A DNA stretch of 55,869 bases, counting the filler, from Platydemus manokwari (taxonomy: Eukaryota), in the NCBI GenBank assembly GCA_037951405.1. It is 5 parts of 5 records of this genome, joined end to end, with 100 filler letters (N's around TTAATTAATTAA, not from the genome) between each part and the next. Parts side by side here need not be neighbours in the genome. Positions count along the whole stretch, not along the records: positions 23,599 to 33,975 come from JBBMOY011138439.1; positions 34,076 to 45,505 come from JBBMOY010677764.1; 3 more parts are not named here. The stretch is one strand, 5' to 3'. The position numbers were made by a program, and so were the translations under genes. The notes beneath the pieces are model-generated. The model was not told where the DNA came from. It did no database searches and worked only from the letters and a program-made list of their open reading frames with translations. Each line of letters opens with the position of its first letter. The first letter of the stretch is position 1. Shown piece by piece: positions 27,901 to 40,600 of the stretch.

Positions 27901-30900
27901 TTTCTAAGAGGTAGCTACAACATTTAAATTTTGAAAATTATTAGAATCACTCATTAAAAAGTATAAGACACTATGATTTTTTTATAATAAATAAATACTT
28001 GTCCAAAATACTTAACAAAGTTATATTATTTGTTATATATGAACCGAGATAAATCATGAATTGAATCAGATATATGTGACCAAATGATACAATCAGTTCC
28101 GCACAATTTTATCTAATCATAATCCCAGATTGAAGATCAAATTCCATAATTTTATTTGGTTATTTGTGAATTTGATTTCATGAAAAAACACATCAGTTTA
28201 TGAACCCCTTCATATTAAAAATCGACAAAATCAGCTTTGATTTTCATAAGTAAATACCGATAATCTTTTAATTAATTAACTCTAATTATAATTTCACTGT
28301 GATGATTATTAGAAAAAAATAGGCATGCAATAGAATCATATGACCAAATTATAAACTATGTAGATATATTATAAGCTAATGTAGAGAGTATCTATTATAA
28401 CGAATATTCTTATTGAATATCACGGAATTTCTAATATTAATTTTTTTCAAAATGTTTTAGAATTATAATATATAGTGTCACACATTGGTTAACTTTTGTA
28501 ATTTATAAATAATTATGTACTATTTCGGTGTTATTTTCCAGAATTATACTTATCTGGTTGATAGTCCAGGAATCGGAGACAATTTTCTTTTAGAATCTAT
28601 TACGTTGGATTATCTTAGAAATTCGGCACCGGCATTTATATTTGTATTAAATGCCACTAATGCTAATGGATTAACATTGAAAGTATAAACAAATTGAAGA
28701 AATAATCAATTTAATTGTCAATTTTTACAGGCTAAGCAATTAATTCAAAAAGCAAAAGAAGATTTGACACAAGAAACAGTTAAATACATCACACACTTGA
28801 CTAATTTTAATCAAGATAAAGAATATTATTTTCAATATGAAAAAGCGGTATTCATTTTAAATCATTGGGATACAGTTAAGCAAAACGCCAAATCGAAAGA
28901 GGAAGTCGAAGAAGTTAGAAAAATAATTATTGAAGAAATAAAATATTTATGGCATAATTCTGTGAAAGAAAATGAACAGATATTCTTTATTTCTGCCAGA
29001 CAGGTTATTGATAATTTTTCAATTTAATGATTTTAAATTTATTTCAATAAAGGCCAATGAATGGCAACAGAATGGAGTGGTGCAGACCGAAATAATAAAT
29101 ATTCGTAATTGTATCAGGAAGTTAATCGTTAATCTTTATAGGAAAAATGTGGAGAATTCATTTGAGTAAATAGAATTTTTAATTACAATAATAAAAATGT
29201 TTTGAAAAATAATGAATTTAGATTATTAAATCAAATACTGAGCAATATAGAAAAGAAAATTCTCCAAAAAATCAATACGATTGTGGATAACAAATATTAT
29301 CATTTGTATGATCGAAGAAATGCAGAAAATATATGCCAAATATTAGAAAATTTAAACAAAGAAATGGACACCAGAAAGGCAAATATTCGAGAAAGGCTGA
29401 AACCGAGATTTGCAACCATGGCAAATTGCTTGACTGATCACTTGAAAAGTCAAGAAGTAGAAACTCGGATATTGAATATAACAAAACCTCAAATAACCGT
29501 GATTTATAACATGGATCTGCTGACAATAGTATTCAGAAAATTATTAGAAACAAAACTTTATGAAGAAATAAAATTGTGGGAAGAAGAAAATAAGCAGATG
29601 GAAAATTTGTATGGATTTCTTAATAGCTTGTTCGAAGAAAATTTGATAGAGATAAGTAATGAGATCAAGTTTACCAATACTCTCATCAATAAAGAATCAC
29701 TTATCAGAGCCTGGAATTCAACAAATCAGTGCGAAGTAACCAATTTCGATAAAGATTTTATTACTAAAATCGAAAAAGTTTTCATCATTTCTACTGTCAC
29801 GCTTTTATTTCCTGTTGTAGCATTAGCAGGATTATTAGCCACCCCTCTTATTATGAGTCACTTAGTGAAGGAAAGAAAAACTAATGAAGAAAGACTTGCT
29901 GCTTATCGAGATAATCCCGATGAATATTTACGAAAATTAATTTCATCAAGCTTACAGAATCTATCTTCAGAAGATGTGAAAAAAAGTTTCTTCAAAAAAG
30001 TACAATCAAAGTGTGAAGAACATATCAGAGCTTTTGATACATTCATAACTATTGAAATCAATGAGAAAAGACAATTGATAAAAGACATTGAAAAAGAAAC
30101 GCGTGAGATTCCGGAAATTTTAAAATCTTTAAATAATCTTTACATTCGAGTTGAAGATTGCTATGGAGAATATCACATTTTGAGAAACACGAGTGAACAT
30201 GTGAGAGATCAATTTTTGATAGTTCAATCGTCAGTGTACCCTAAATTGATGGATGAGAGCTCGAGAATTACAGAATGCATAGCAACTGGGAAGCACAGTG
30301 TTGTTTTTAAAAATAAAAATTATCCAAAATTGACTTTTAAAACTTACAATAAAAAGTTCGTGCGAGCTAATGCACGTTTCCAAATGCAAGAAATCAATTT
30401 ATTAGCGTAAGTTTTATTTTATTTCAACTTATAAATTATTTATAATAATTAAATTTTTTGACACAGTACTAAACAAATTTGGTATGGATAAGAAAATGAT
30501 TAAAAAATAGCCCTTGCTTACATAAAGTCGAATATAAAAGCGAGCTATATACAAGGGGGGGTTCCACACTGGAAAGAGAACAGCTACAAAGGTAGCTTAA
30601 AAATAGTAGAAGAGGATATCCCAGACAACAGTAACCGGCAGGCAGAGAGACAGGATTGATTGTATGATTGAATTAGCGAACTGTGGTTTATGGAACAATC
30701 AAAGGAAAGAAACATATGTATCCCATATTTTCATGTATGGGTGTCTCAATTATCAATTTTTATGAATAAATATTTAGGTGGATATAAAATTTAGACACTT
30801 CGAACAAAATCAAAATCAATAAATGTCAAATTTATTATTTCACATTTGATAGCATGAATTTTCGATAGCAGTAGATATAAGGAAGTGGCATAAAATAATA

Positions 30901-31913
30901 AAATAATGTATCAAATATTTGTTAGCGTTATGGAAATTAATTGCATAAGTGTTCAGATAAAATTTATATTATAAAAAATCGTTTAATTTTGGAAAAGCTG
31001 TGGAAAAACTTTGAAATACATAATGTGTACTTCCAGAGATTTAACTACAGATATCTTCAGATAAATATTGATATTATAATAAAATTATCATTTATTTTTA
31101 ATTGATTTCAGTATTACCCCCAATGAGAACGTATTGACATGCAAGAGTATATGCATCATGGATAAAGAGGATAAATTATTAATGGTACTCAATGATGTAG
31201 ATTGTAATTTATCACAATATATGGCTAATAATTCCAAATTAATACTTGGGAACAATGAAAAGAATTCCGATTCATGGAAGGAAGCTTTTAGATTTATTAT
31301 TGATGTTTGCATAAAATTGTGTAACGGGCTAAACTGTTTACACAAATACGATCCACGTATGGTCCACCCAGATTTAAGATTAGACACTGTTTTGGTAAGA
31401 TTTTATTAATTGCCCAATTTGTTTCATTAAAATTTAGCAAAATCAAAATAATTTTAACAATTTCTTTAAATCCAGGTCAAAAAGTCACCAGTATCGAATG
31501 AGATTCAGGTTTATATCTGTGACGCCTGTTCCAATTTACCCACTCAAAGATGTCATCGAAGAAGTGGAAACGATTTGAAAGAAATACCCGAGGACTGTTT
31601 CGATATGGGTGGATATACAAAGGAGAATATTTATCGTTTGGGATACATATTCTATAAATTAGCCCATTTTGAACCTGAAAAAATGGAAAAAGATTTTGTT
31701 TCAATACACAATCTTTTCAGTGAACTTAGTTCAATAGAATCGATGGAATCTGAAATAAAGATCGATTGGAAACATCAGAAACATGATAATATCCCACAGA
31801 GCTACAATAAACTAATTAAGAAATGCTTATCCAAGAAGCCAGAAAACAGACCAAATATTGATAATTGCATGACAATGCTTGAAGATATGAAAAAAGAAAT
31901 TGATTCATTTTAA
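24930..31913 (+). CDS. Dynamin-like (BDLP/mitofusin-type) GTPase fused to an atypical protein kinase; multi-exon, 5' end not identified
   Basis: Phase-compatible GT-AG exons: 24930-25091, 27736-27839, 28542-28682, 28731-29003, 29053-29165, 29222-30406, 31112-31394, 31476-31913 (2699 nt, no internal stop found). G1 GEAKAGKS, G2 LLPMDLVTCT, G3 LVDSPGIGD, G4 FILNHWD, G5-like FFISAR; helical region; hydrophobic IISTVTLLFPVVALAGLLATPLIM; kinase motifs IATGKHSVVFK, LTFK, QEINLL, HPDLRLDTVL, VYICDAC, IPE, ENIYRLG, CLSKKPENRP. Confidence 0.88.
26118..26441. mobile_element. Non-autonomous hAT (Buster-type) MITE, 324 bp, intronic
   Basis: Perfect 8-bp TSD ATCTAAAG (26110-26117 and 26442-26449) with central TA; imperfect TIRs TAGTGGTTTTCAAC / GTTGGAAAACACTG; internal (TTA)n tract. 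Confidence 0.9.
26820..27645 (-). mobile_element. hAT/Buster (ZBED5/SCAND3-like) transposase remnant, intronic
   Basis: Minus-strand fragments ADESFGISNYKQLIAFIR, FLFCKQLPTTTQGQDIF, GICTDGKPSIVG, THCFLQRE (CxxH variant), LLLHIDIRWLSKGKIL and KEYPIL, broken by frameshifts and stops. Confidence 0.9.
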
Positions 31914-33975
31914 TTGAATTATCGTTCTGAATTGATAGGTTTTATAATCGATAGAGACAATCTATCTTTTGCTGCATGTTTAATGGTTATGAAAATGTTA
32001 TTTTTTATAATAATCATTTGTTATTAGTAATGCAATTTATCAATGCTTGACTTTATTATTCAAACTGTTTTAATGAAATTTCTTTCTAAAATTGAGTTTA
32101 AATAAGAATAAATTATCAATTTTTAGTGTTGATAAAAAGCATTTTATTAAAATTCATCGCTACATTATATAATTGTTACTCAAATCGTTTGATTGTTGAA
32201 ATATTCGATTTTATAGGAGAATCAATTTGTTTAGTTTTTATAAGAAATATTTGAAATAATAAAGTTCTACTATTGAGTGCTATAAGGTTTCATTTCTAGC
32301 GGGTTTTGATTTTGTGATTATCGTTATGGTATGCGTGTATGTATTTATGATTGGACTCTTATAGTTGTCGTATAATGGTAAGAAAACAGAATGAATAAGG
32401 TTTTCACATTTTAATGTTATTCAATGATCTTATCGATAAATTTATTCAATTCGTTAAGTTCTGTTGCTTAAATGAATTGTTTTTCAAATCCTATACGATA
32501 TTTTTATTATGATCTACTATTATGGTATTAGTATGGACGAGATTAAACCAGAACAGAAATTCAACACGAAACCATTTTAAAGCCATTTGATATTTATTTA
32601 TACAATTTTAATGGCATATGATACACGTAAACACCAAATATCAAAATTCTAAATACGAGATTGAACCAAGCTTTCCGAAATACACGTGCGCCTAACTACA
32701 CGAGCTTATACACTATTCAATAACATGAAAAAGATCGGATTAATCGAATTAGAATTATTAAAATTTCAAATTATAAATAATAGTTACATCTTGATCTAAA
32801 GAGCCAAGAAGATTAAAAATATTACGTTTAAAAGTACTTGTAAATCAAAGTTTTTGGATTTATATGACAAGAAGGTGCACATATTGGTTATTGTAGATGA
32901 GAAAATGTGGGCATAATCTGTGGCATTTGCGACCATCCGCTTTGAGTGATTGTTTGGGAGGAAAATATTTAAACCATAAACAATTAATACCATTGTAAAT
33001 TTAGAATTTTGTAAATTAGTTTTTCCTTACAATTCTTATTTAATTACTGCTCTTCCTGCCAGTAAATATAAACCCAAATATTGAATAATCTTTTAAGTTG
33101 CAAGACATCATAAGAATCGGAAATGTTTTCTGTTATTTAAATTGGTTGATAGTAAAACATTTTCAAAATTTTTGAAATATTTCTGAAAATAAATATTTTC
33201 AACTTTATTAATCATCATTAAATTATATAAACATAAAATTTTGTATTTGGACTTTGTTTAAATAACTTGAAAATTTTATTAACAATTTACTTATATTGAT
33301 TTCTAAATCATTCTCCACAAAGGAATTTGTGGTACAAAGTTAAAATAAATAAAATCATGAATAGTTATCAGAATATATATAATTTTCATTACTTTGAAAA
33401 CCATACGAAATTTCAGTTATTAGTTCAAAAATTATTAAGTTGAGAAACGAAACAAATTATCATTTAATTTTCATTTGCATTTTATTTTCAATAATAAGTA
33501 GTAAAAAGAATGTAAAAATTGTAATATATTTCCAAAATCATCATAATATATTTACTATCATTATTATATTTTATATTATTATTTATCTTTGTTATCATTA
33601 TTATTTTTATCAAAATAATAACGATAATCACAATCATTAACGCCATACTTATTTGTGTTATTATCAGGCACATTTTCGTAGTGAATTGATTAGTATAATT
33701 TCATCAATAAATTCACAGAAATCCATTATTCTACAGAGATCACATGATACGCTCAAGACTCATATCTACAAATGTAGACTGTTTTGAATATCAGAAAAAT
33801 AGCTTTACCATAAGTTTATCTTAGTGTTGAAATTGTTGTCGACTTGACTCTTCACATATATATTTGCAACTTCTATTTATTTTATGTATTATAGACAAGC
33901 CTCTGAAGATGGATATCACAGATTATAAGTCGCCTTTCAATATCTCTTTCCGCCAATCTATGTGGGACCCACTTC

Positions 33976-34075
33976 NNNNNNNNNNNNNNNNNNNNNNNNN
34001 NNNNNNNNNNNNNNNNNNNTTAATTAATTAANNNNNNNNNNNNNNNNNNNNNNNNNNNNNNNNNNNNNNNNNNNN
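33976..34075. other. Assembly linker N44-TTAATTAATTAA-N44
   Basis: Same artificial spacer. Confidence 0.97.
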
Positions 34076-34850
34076 AAATATTTTGATTGAATTTCATTAA
34101 ATAAATATTTTAAAAAATGTTTTTGTTTTTTTAAAAAAAAGCCGGAATCATATTAATACACCTAATAGAATAAAGAAAGTTTTTTGAGATCAAATATCCT
34201 ATAAGGAGTTTAGGAACATTTTTCGATTTCTGAAGTTATTTCAGATGTGACCTGAATTTGAAACATTATGAAAGGTTGAATTCATCGAATATTAATGTTC
34301 TTAGGTTTAACGGCAGTCTTATATCATAATATATAGCGATTAAAGTTACTAATTAATAAAAAAACAGACTCCAAATAGAGATTATACACTGAATATTGTT
34401 AATTTAATTCTGTGTTAAAAATAAATAAACCTTGTTTTATTTATTTATGCTTCAATGATTCGACATATTCTAACTGGTTGAACAGCAACAGAAAGGTTAT
34501 AGAAAACACGTTCTCACAACGGGGATCAGTGGTAAAGCCATTAAACGAATTAAGTGGATTTGATGACTGTCTGGTACTTGTGAACACATCGGATTAATGG
34601 ATTGCTTGTCGCAGATATAAGTAAATAAGCGGATCAAATTAGATATCGAAAATGAAATACACTCTTATTGTATTTACGAACATATTTATTTATCAAATCT
34701 AGGTAAATATTACATATAATCGTGGTAATCATTAATTTTTTACTACCGATAAATAGATCTGAAATGTATGAAATATAAAAATAAGTTGAACATAAAACTT
34801 GATTTTTTTATCCATCTACTTTTTACCATCATGGGACATTCTGAATGAGA

Positions 34851-37649
34851 TCACTTCCATGATACATTACAAGCTAAAATAACAACAGAAATGAGTGCAA
34901 TGGAACCGAGAACTGGTACAATGACTAACCCCGAGATTGATGATCGAATTTCAAATAGGCTAGGTGTGATCAATTGAAAACCGGTGTCAGGGTTCTTTGT
35001 TGATGTCATATCAGCTGTGGTTGTTAGAATTTTGATAGATGGTGAAGTGAAAGTGAATTGAGACGTTGTAAGATCACTTCTAGAATTTGATGACGGGCTT
35101 GGACTTGTAGTAACATCAGTTGTAACACTGTTCGATGTTGTTCGAGTAGATTTCACTTCAGTTTTCGTTGACCATGAATTTGATTGAAATAGAGTTGATA
35201 TTGTTTTCGTTTCCGAATTGGAAGAATTAATCAAGCTGAAGGAGCTTATTGTTGTATTTGGTATATTTTTGGAAGTGATTGATTTATTTGGTGTTTCAGT
35301 AACAACGGTGGATGATGTCACTGATGGTCTGTTAGTTGTTTCACTGGTAGAAATATATGAAGTATTATGTGTCGATGGAAAATTTGTGGAATTATTTGAT
35401 ATCATTGACGTTACTGCAGAATTGGCAGTAGTAGAATTTTGGTAATTTATTACACGATATGTTGTAGTATTGAACAATGATTTGTCAGTAATATTTGCTA
35501 TTATATTAGTTGTAGAATTCAGCAATGATCTCTCAGTGATATTCGCTATTGTATTCGTTGTAGAATTCAACAATGATCTCTCAGTGATATTCGCTATTGT
35601 ATTCGTTGTAGAATTCAACAATGATCTCTCAGTGATATTGGCTATTGTATTCGTTGTAGAATTCATTGATAAATTTGTGGTGATATTTATCATAGGATTT
35701 GTTATATTCACGAGTACAGAACTGGATGTATTGTTTATAATATTTGTGGTAGTATTGATTGATGGTGACTCTGTGGTGATTATTGTTACTTTATTTGATG
35801 TTGAATTCATTGGAAAATCTGTAGTAGTATTCATTTGCAATGTGGTGGTGGTATTTACAATGATATTAGTCGTACCATTCGTTGACAATACAGTGCTTGT
35901 ATTCGTTGCTATGTCTGTTGTAGAATTTATAGGCGAATATGTTGTGGTATTGGTTATTATTGTATTTCTGGTTCTTATTGGTAACGATGTCGTCATGTTT
36001 GTCATAATATTCATGGTTTCATTAATCGGTAATACTGTAGTACTATTAGTTGTCATATATGTAACATTCTTTCGTGAATCCATTGTTGTATTCGTTGATT
36101 GACTTGTTGAGACATTCAGCGATGACATAGTGGTGGTATTTATCAAAATACTTGTTGATATATTTGTAGAAAAACTAGTGGTTATATTAGTGGTGTTATT
36201 TATTGTTTCGTAAGATGCAGGATGAATTGAGGAGAATTTTGGTGATGAATTCAAAGTCCCATTAGTAAGATCATTTATTGTTGAATTTCTAGTTAATCCA
36301 ATCGTTGTATTTATTATTGTATTCATTGATGTACTTGTTGAGACATTCAGTGATGACATAGTGGTGGTATTTATCAAAATATTCGTTGATATATTCGCTG
36401 AAAAATTGATGGTAATATTCGACATGATATTAGTGGTGTTATTTATTGCTTCGTTTGATGCAGGATGGATTGACGAGAATTTTTGAGATAAATTCATTGT
36501 GGCATTAGTAAGATCATTTATGGTTGAATTTCTAGGCAATACATTCGTCGTATTTATTATTGTATTCGTTGTAAAATTCATCGATAATGCGGTCGTCATA
36601 TTTTCGATAATATTTCTAGTAATGTTAATTAGTTGTATTGGCGTGGTTTTCATTGTCATCTTCGTTATTGTATTGTTTACATAATCCGAGGTGATATTTT
36701 TCAAAATATCTGTTGTCGAATTCATTGATAGCACGTTAGTAGTAGTGGATATGATATTTCTTCTGGTATTCAGTATTGATGCTGTAGTGATATTCCTTTC
36801 AATAGTTGATGTGGCATTTGTCGTCGAGTTTGTTGTCGAATCTGTGATGGTAATCGTTATTGTAATATTTTTTGCATTTATTGGTAAAGTGGTCGGGGTA
36901 TTTTTTATAGCATTTACGGTAGTATTCCTCTCTAATTCTGTCGTTTTAGCATTTATTAATGGAGTATTGGTGGCATTTGCCGTCATATTCGTTACAGAAT
37001 TCATTAATCTTTCACTGACGGTGGTATTTGATAGATTATTTACTGTCGTGTTCGTATATGCTTCGATAGTGGTATTTGGCTTCAAGTTTGCTGAAGAATT
37101 TATTGGTATTGTATTGTTGATATTTCCCGTAGCAATCATTGGGCTATTCATTTGTTTCAGAATGCCTGTATTTGTTGAATTCGTTTGAAGAATGATCGAT
37201 ATATTGTTTTTATTATTCCCAGCTAATAAAGTTTTTAATAATTGTGCAAGATTGGTGACATTCTTTAATACATCTTTAATCTCTTCTACTTTTTGAACGG
37301 CATCTGCTCCTAAAGCCAATAATACACTTTTATAAATCAAATAGATATACTAACTAATCGAATTTGTCGAAGGGTTGATTCTAGTTAATTCATTTGCAGG
37401 CTGAATTGTTTGAGTGCGATTCGATAAATCTAATAAATTTATTTGATCTTTTTTATCAGTATCATTGTTACCTGTAATTGATTGGTCGCTGGTATTGAGT
37501 TTCACCCCATTAGATGAAGAATCTGAACGTGCGACGATTGTTTGATTATTTACACTTGATCTTGAATCGATTGTCTCAATTCTAGCAATCGAAAACAGAA
37601 CCATAAGACCAATCCTCCAAAATATTAAAACAAAAAAGACGTTGGGCAT
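34851..37649 (-). CDS. Mucin-like single-pass membrane glycoprotein A (Asn/Thr-rich), 2 exons, about 917 aa
   Basis: Exon 1 37649-37355 encodes a signal-peptide-like start (MPNVFFVLIFWRIGLMVLFSIARIET). A phase-1 45-nt intron (GTTAGT...TTTAG, 37354-37310) joins it in frame to the 829-aa ORF; an alternative acceptor 6 nt downstream also fits. Dense N-x-T/S sequons and a C-terminal hydrophobic segment ending in WK. Confidence 0.85.
35470..35668 (-). repeat. Coding 48-bp tandem repeat, about four copies (NSTTNTIANITERSLL)
   Basis: Near-identical units 'aatgatctctcagtgatattcgctattgtattcgttgtagaattc'. A separate ~231-243-bp internal duplication lies at about 36100-36570. Confidence 0.9.
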
Positions 37650-40600
37650 TTTGATCCGAAAAAGTATTCTATTTTAATTGTGGGTAATCATATTATCGAG
37701 TGGAGAGAAAGTGATTTTATCTGATACTCTATGGTTTTTATAAAGTATAACACACTAGAAATATAATTGTTTCAGTTATGTTTACAAGGGGACAAATATT
37801 TACAATAGAATGCATCCGATAACTGATACAATTACACTGTGTCAGTGTCAAGCTAATCTATGACAATTTCCTATACCAAATTTCCTATCACCTTTCTCAC
37901 ATTTTTATGGAGTTTTAACTATTTTCCATATATTCTGTTATCAGTGCGATTCAATCACTGAAACACCTGACCTATTAAATGTTAGGGGTGACAATAAATA
38001 TTATAAAGTCATTAACTTATTATTAATCACTGATGTTTTACATATATGATTGTAATGTGGTGATAGATCGAATTTCCGAATGGCAACTCATACTAGCCAA
38101 AACCATGGGTTGTCTTGTGGGTGTTTATCATAATTTATGCACGCCATTCCTTTTTCTCCGCATTATTAATTATCGATTTTTATTTAATTATATATATATA
38201 CAATTTATTATTAAAATATTTAGTTTATTTATTATTAATTTATTATTCCTTGCCAGCATTCCTCCTCATTCGCCCTTATCTTACAAATAACAAACAACTA
38301 TTAAATAAAATAATTGTTGAATAAAAATATCGAATAATAATTGTTACACACTAATAATGAGATGGCTTCGATAATATTCAATGTTAGCATTAGTCAGGTA
38401 GAATCAAAACGTCAACTAAAGATTATCAATTAATCCCAAGTAAATTGAAATATCAAATGTCCATTACTGATCATCGATTAAATTGGGTTATTGATTTCAC
38501 AGATATCGATTAAACTGTGTTATTGATTGAGATTGAATTAGTTGGATTCTGTTCCTGATCATCATTTTCGGGGTTGTTATCTACACATCTGCAGTCAAGG
38601 TTTCATGGGTTTGTTGTTTGAGCTTTTATACAGCATTTGCAGGATAATTGTATTATGTTATGCGATGAGTGTGTCATGTGGTTATATTATATGATGTGGT
38701 GATTGTAAAATCAGATAATAAATAAATCAGATGATTATTAAAAATTAATAAAAACATTGGTAGGAAAATGGAAATCCAATGTTATTAATAAATTATCGAT
38801 AAGGTGCTCCCAATGGATGAAACACGGCAGTGAATATAAAACATTATAATTTACGGTTTCTAGAATAATGATTTATTTTTAATAATAATGAGTTCGTACT
38901 AGTACAATTAGGAGTTCCAATATACGATCGATAATTGCATTGAAACCGCCAAATTATGGAATATTGTAGTAACAGCCAGAAGTGGGTTCTGCACAAGATC
39001 TTACTGGAATTAAGCATTAATGTAGGACTAGTTAATAGAATGTATATGTTATTGTCATGTAAATAAATACCATTGTAAACAGCACCCATCGATTAATTTA
39101 GCTTGATGAGGAAGCTAAATTAAAAGTTGCGTTAAATTATAAGACAGGAACAGAGTAGTAACGGCTTTAACAAAGTATTTATTTACAGATTTGACAAACA
39201 AATACTCAAATCATAAACCGGACAACGTCGAAATTTCTATTGTCGTTTCCCTTACCATCGTATTTGATCTTGAACCACCATCACACTTTTAGACTTGAAG
39301 AAGCTTTTCTAGATATATCGTCAGAGATAAATTATGCTCGTCCTCATTGATTCTTTGTAGAATTTTCCAGTGAACATGGTGGGAGCTTATTCACAGTTAG
39401 GTACAATGATGCACATTTCGATACTCCATTACTGATTCCAGCTGTTGTGATTTTGAACAAATTAAGCTAATTCGGTAATTTACTTAAAATTTTGAGCTTT
39501 AAATTATTAATCCAGAAACAACTCGTCGGTATAAGTTAATGAATTTCAGCTATTATCTATTTGTCATATCTTCAATATAGATTCATATTTAGTTTATTTT
39601 CAAGAACATACACAAGAATACAGAAAGGTCAAGAAGTTTTTTCATTTTAACTACATTCTGTTTTAAAATTTTAAAGTAAAGTTTGTCTTTTTAATAAGCA
39701 TTGACAGTGCATTTATAAATCAACGATTCATAAATTCATAAATTTTAAACATCTTGATCAAGAAATTGCTGGAAGGTCAATCTTATCCTATAAATCCAAT
39801 GAAATCACACACTTGAATTTATCAAAATATTGAAATGCAAAAATGCTCTGCATTGAGTATAAGTACATGTAAAAACAAAACACGGACTGTATGTTTTAAT
39901 GACATATTTTTAATGACAAATTTTAATCTTAGCGCCTACATGGATGTCAATACCAAGAGAATCTTAAAATAATCCAAGATCATAATGATGGCGATCGATG
40001 GTTTCAACAAATTTTAATTTATTATTAACTCTTACCGAGTATTAAGAAATCTAGTGCAAAATAACGGCTCTTGACAGGTTGGAGTCAATTTTTCGATATT
40101 TTGCATGCATACAAACCAATACAATAACCTAGCCAAGATAATCGATCATTCAAAAGGAAAATTTTGAGTTGAGAATACACGTGGTTACATAAAAACACAT
40201 GGATAAAAACACCAATTAGCTTTTTCAAAAATCAATCATGTTAATTAGAATCTTCAAAATCAAGACATCGAGTGAAAGTCGAGCACACTCAACACAGCCA
40301 AACATTTGCCCATAAGTTTCGTAAAAAACATGGCATTTTTAAAACCAAATAAAATTAAATGTTTTCTTTTTGTGATTTGTTTTAATGCTAGAATGCACTG
40401 AAATAGATCGATAAATATTAGTAGGGGTACCGGACAATGGCGCCATACCTTAAAACAAATGGTTTTTTAATTTTTTTTATTTTCGCTATTTTCGCTACAG
40501 AAATGCCATATTTTCTTTTAATAAAAAACGATAAATGGATTTGACATTGATAAAAGGAATGGAAGAATTGAGCAAAATCGCTTTTCCAGATCACAAATTT

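Noticed and set aside
35470-35668. Regularly spaced repeats resembling a CRISPR array
   Set aside because: No unique spacers; in-frame coding repeat in a eukaryotic gene.
35218-37188. Long hydrophobic Val/Ile-rich plus-strand ORFs (75, 210, 61 and 165 aa)
   Set aside because: Antisense shadows of Thr/Asn codons in mucin A.
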